A DNA stretch of 64,000 bases, taken from Vicugna vicugna (taxonomy: Eukaryota). Position numbers and translations under genes: made by a program. The notes beneath the pieces are model-generated. The model saw only the letters and a list, made by a program, of their open reading frames with translations. It was not told where the DNA came from and made no database searches. Location: the NCBI GenBank assembly GCA_013265495.1, contig MU058444.1:2170001-2234000 (forward strand), given 5' to 3'. Below are positions 63,491-64,000 of this stretch, piece after piece; position 1 is the first letter of the stretch, and the number at the start of each line of letters is the position of its first letter.

Positions 63491-64000
63491 ATTGTGAAAT
63501 TCCATGCGCTCTTTAGTTGAGATTTAAAGAACACCTTCGGTTGGATCCAGTAATTCCATGAAATTGTATGCAAATTTTGTACACGTGTGGTTTTTTTTGG
63601 AGAGCTTACATCAGCTTCTCAGTGACTGGTGGCACACAAGACTCTTAATTTAAGAACCATTAATTAATTGCTTCACAGAGAAACAAAGACTGAAGCATCA
63701 CTTTTTGGGTTGTACTAAGTACAGGAAATAAACGGAGTCCAGGCTTCTGTCTCTATAATCCAACCTTATTCCTACCTAACTCTGCTACCCACATAAATCT
63801 GATGCCAAAACTTGGTTGGACTCTTCAGGGGAAAAAAAAAACTCTTACTGAGAATTGCAGCTTTTCTGTGACCAAACAAATCAATATTTATATATTCCTT
63901 AAACTACTGAGATTTTTTTTTTTTGAGTCCAATAATGAGAGGTTTTACTAACGTCGCAGAATGCCCTGCAATCACCGCGTACCCATCCTCCGGCCCTGCA

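Larger units (their letters stand above)
1..64000 (-). other. DST: Part of the dystonin (BPAG1) gene covering the actin-binding domain exons and their introns; the gene extends beyond both window ends
   Basis: Four GT-AG bounded minus-strand exons splice in frame to the plakin-family CH1-CH2 sequence ([107 protein letters not shown]...). The residues and the MGNVCGC exon match DST rather than PLEC or MACF1, from recall. Confidence 0.95.

Noticed and set aside
42000..64000. The upstream DST exon encoding the start of CH1 ([21 protein letters not shown]-type)
   Set aside because: Not found by eye; it presumably lies beyond position 64000.
1..64000. CRISPR array, operon or prokaryotic/viral defence-type system
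   Set aside because: No repeat-spacer array or dense coding; the sequence is spliceosomal mammalian intron/exon DNA.

Overview
Mammalian genomic DNA, very probably camelid given about 17 copies of a Vic-1-type tRNA-derived SINE. The window lies inside the dystonin gene (DST/BPAG1), transcribed on the minus strand. It holds the exons for most of the actin-binding calponin-homology region: [12 protein letters not shown]... (32292-32381), PREKGRMRF... (29864-29941), [10 protein letters not shown]... (28084-28176) and [12 protein letters not shown]... (2092-2258). It also holds the alternative first coding exon of the MGNVCGC (isoform-3) N-terminus (21566-22309). The most interesting signal is a set of small alternative exons in and around CH1: an 18-nt TYTALQ microexon, a 36/99-nt dual-donor PRERDFLKTLRL exon, and weaker candidates (a 10+20-nt pair giving ILCAPRERMM and a 30-nt YKTPLSFSFL). 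The rest is intron filled with L1 3' fragments, SINEs, MIR/L2 remnants, ERV1-type LTRs and DNA transposon fossils. Among these are a U6/L1 chimeric retrocopy, two twin-priming inverted L1s, an L1 fragment inside a 120-bp direct duplication, and a recurrent hybrid L1 3' end. No prokaryote-type system, CRISPR array or intact transposon was found. Nearly all ORFs in the supplied track appear to be noise. All family assignments are from recall, not from database searches.
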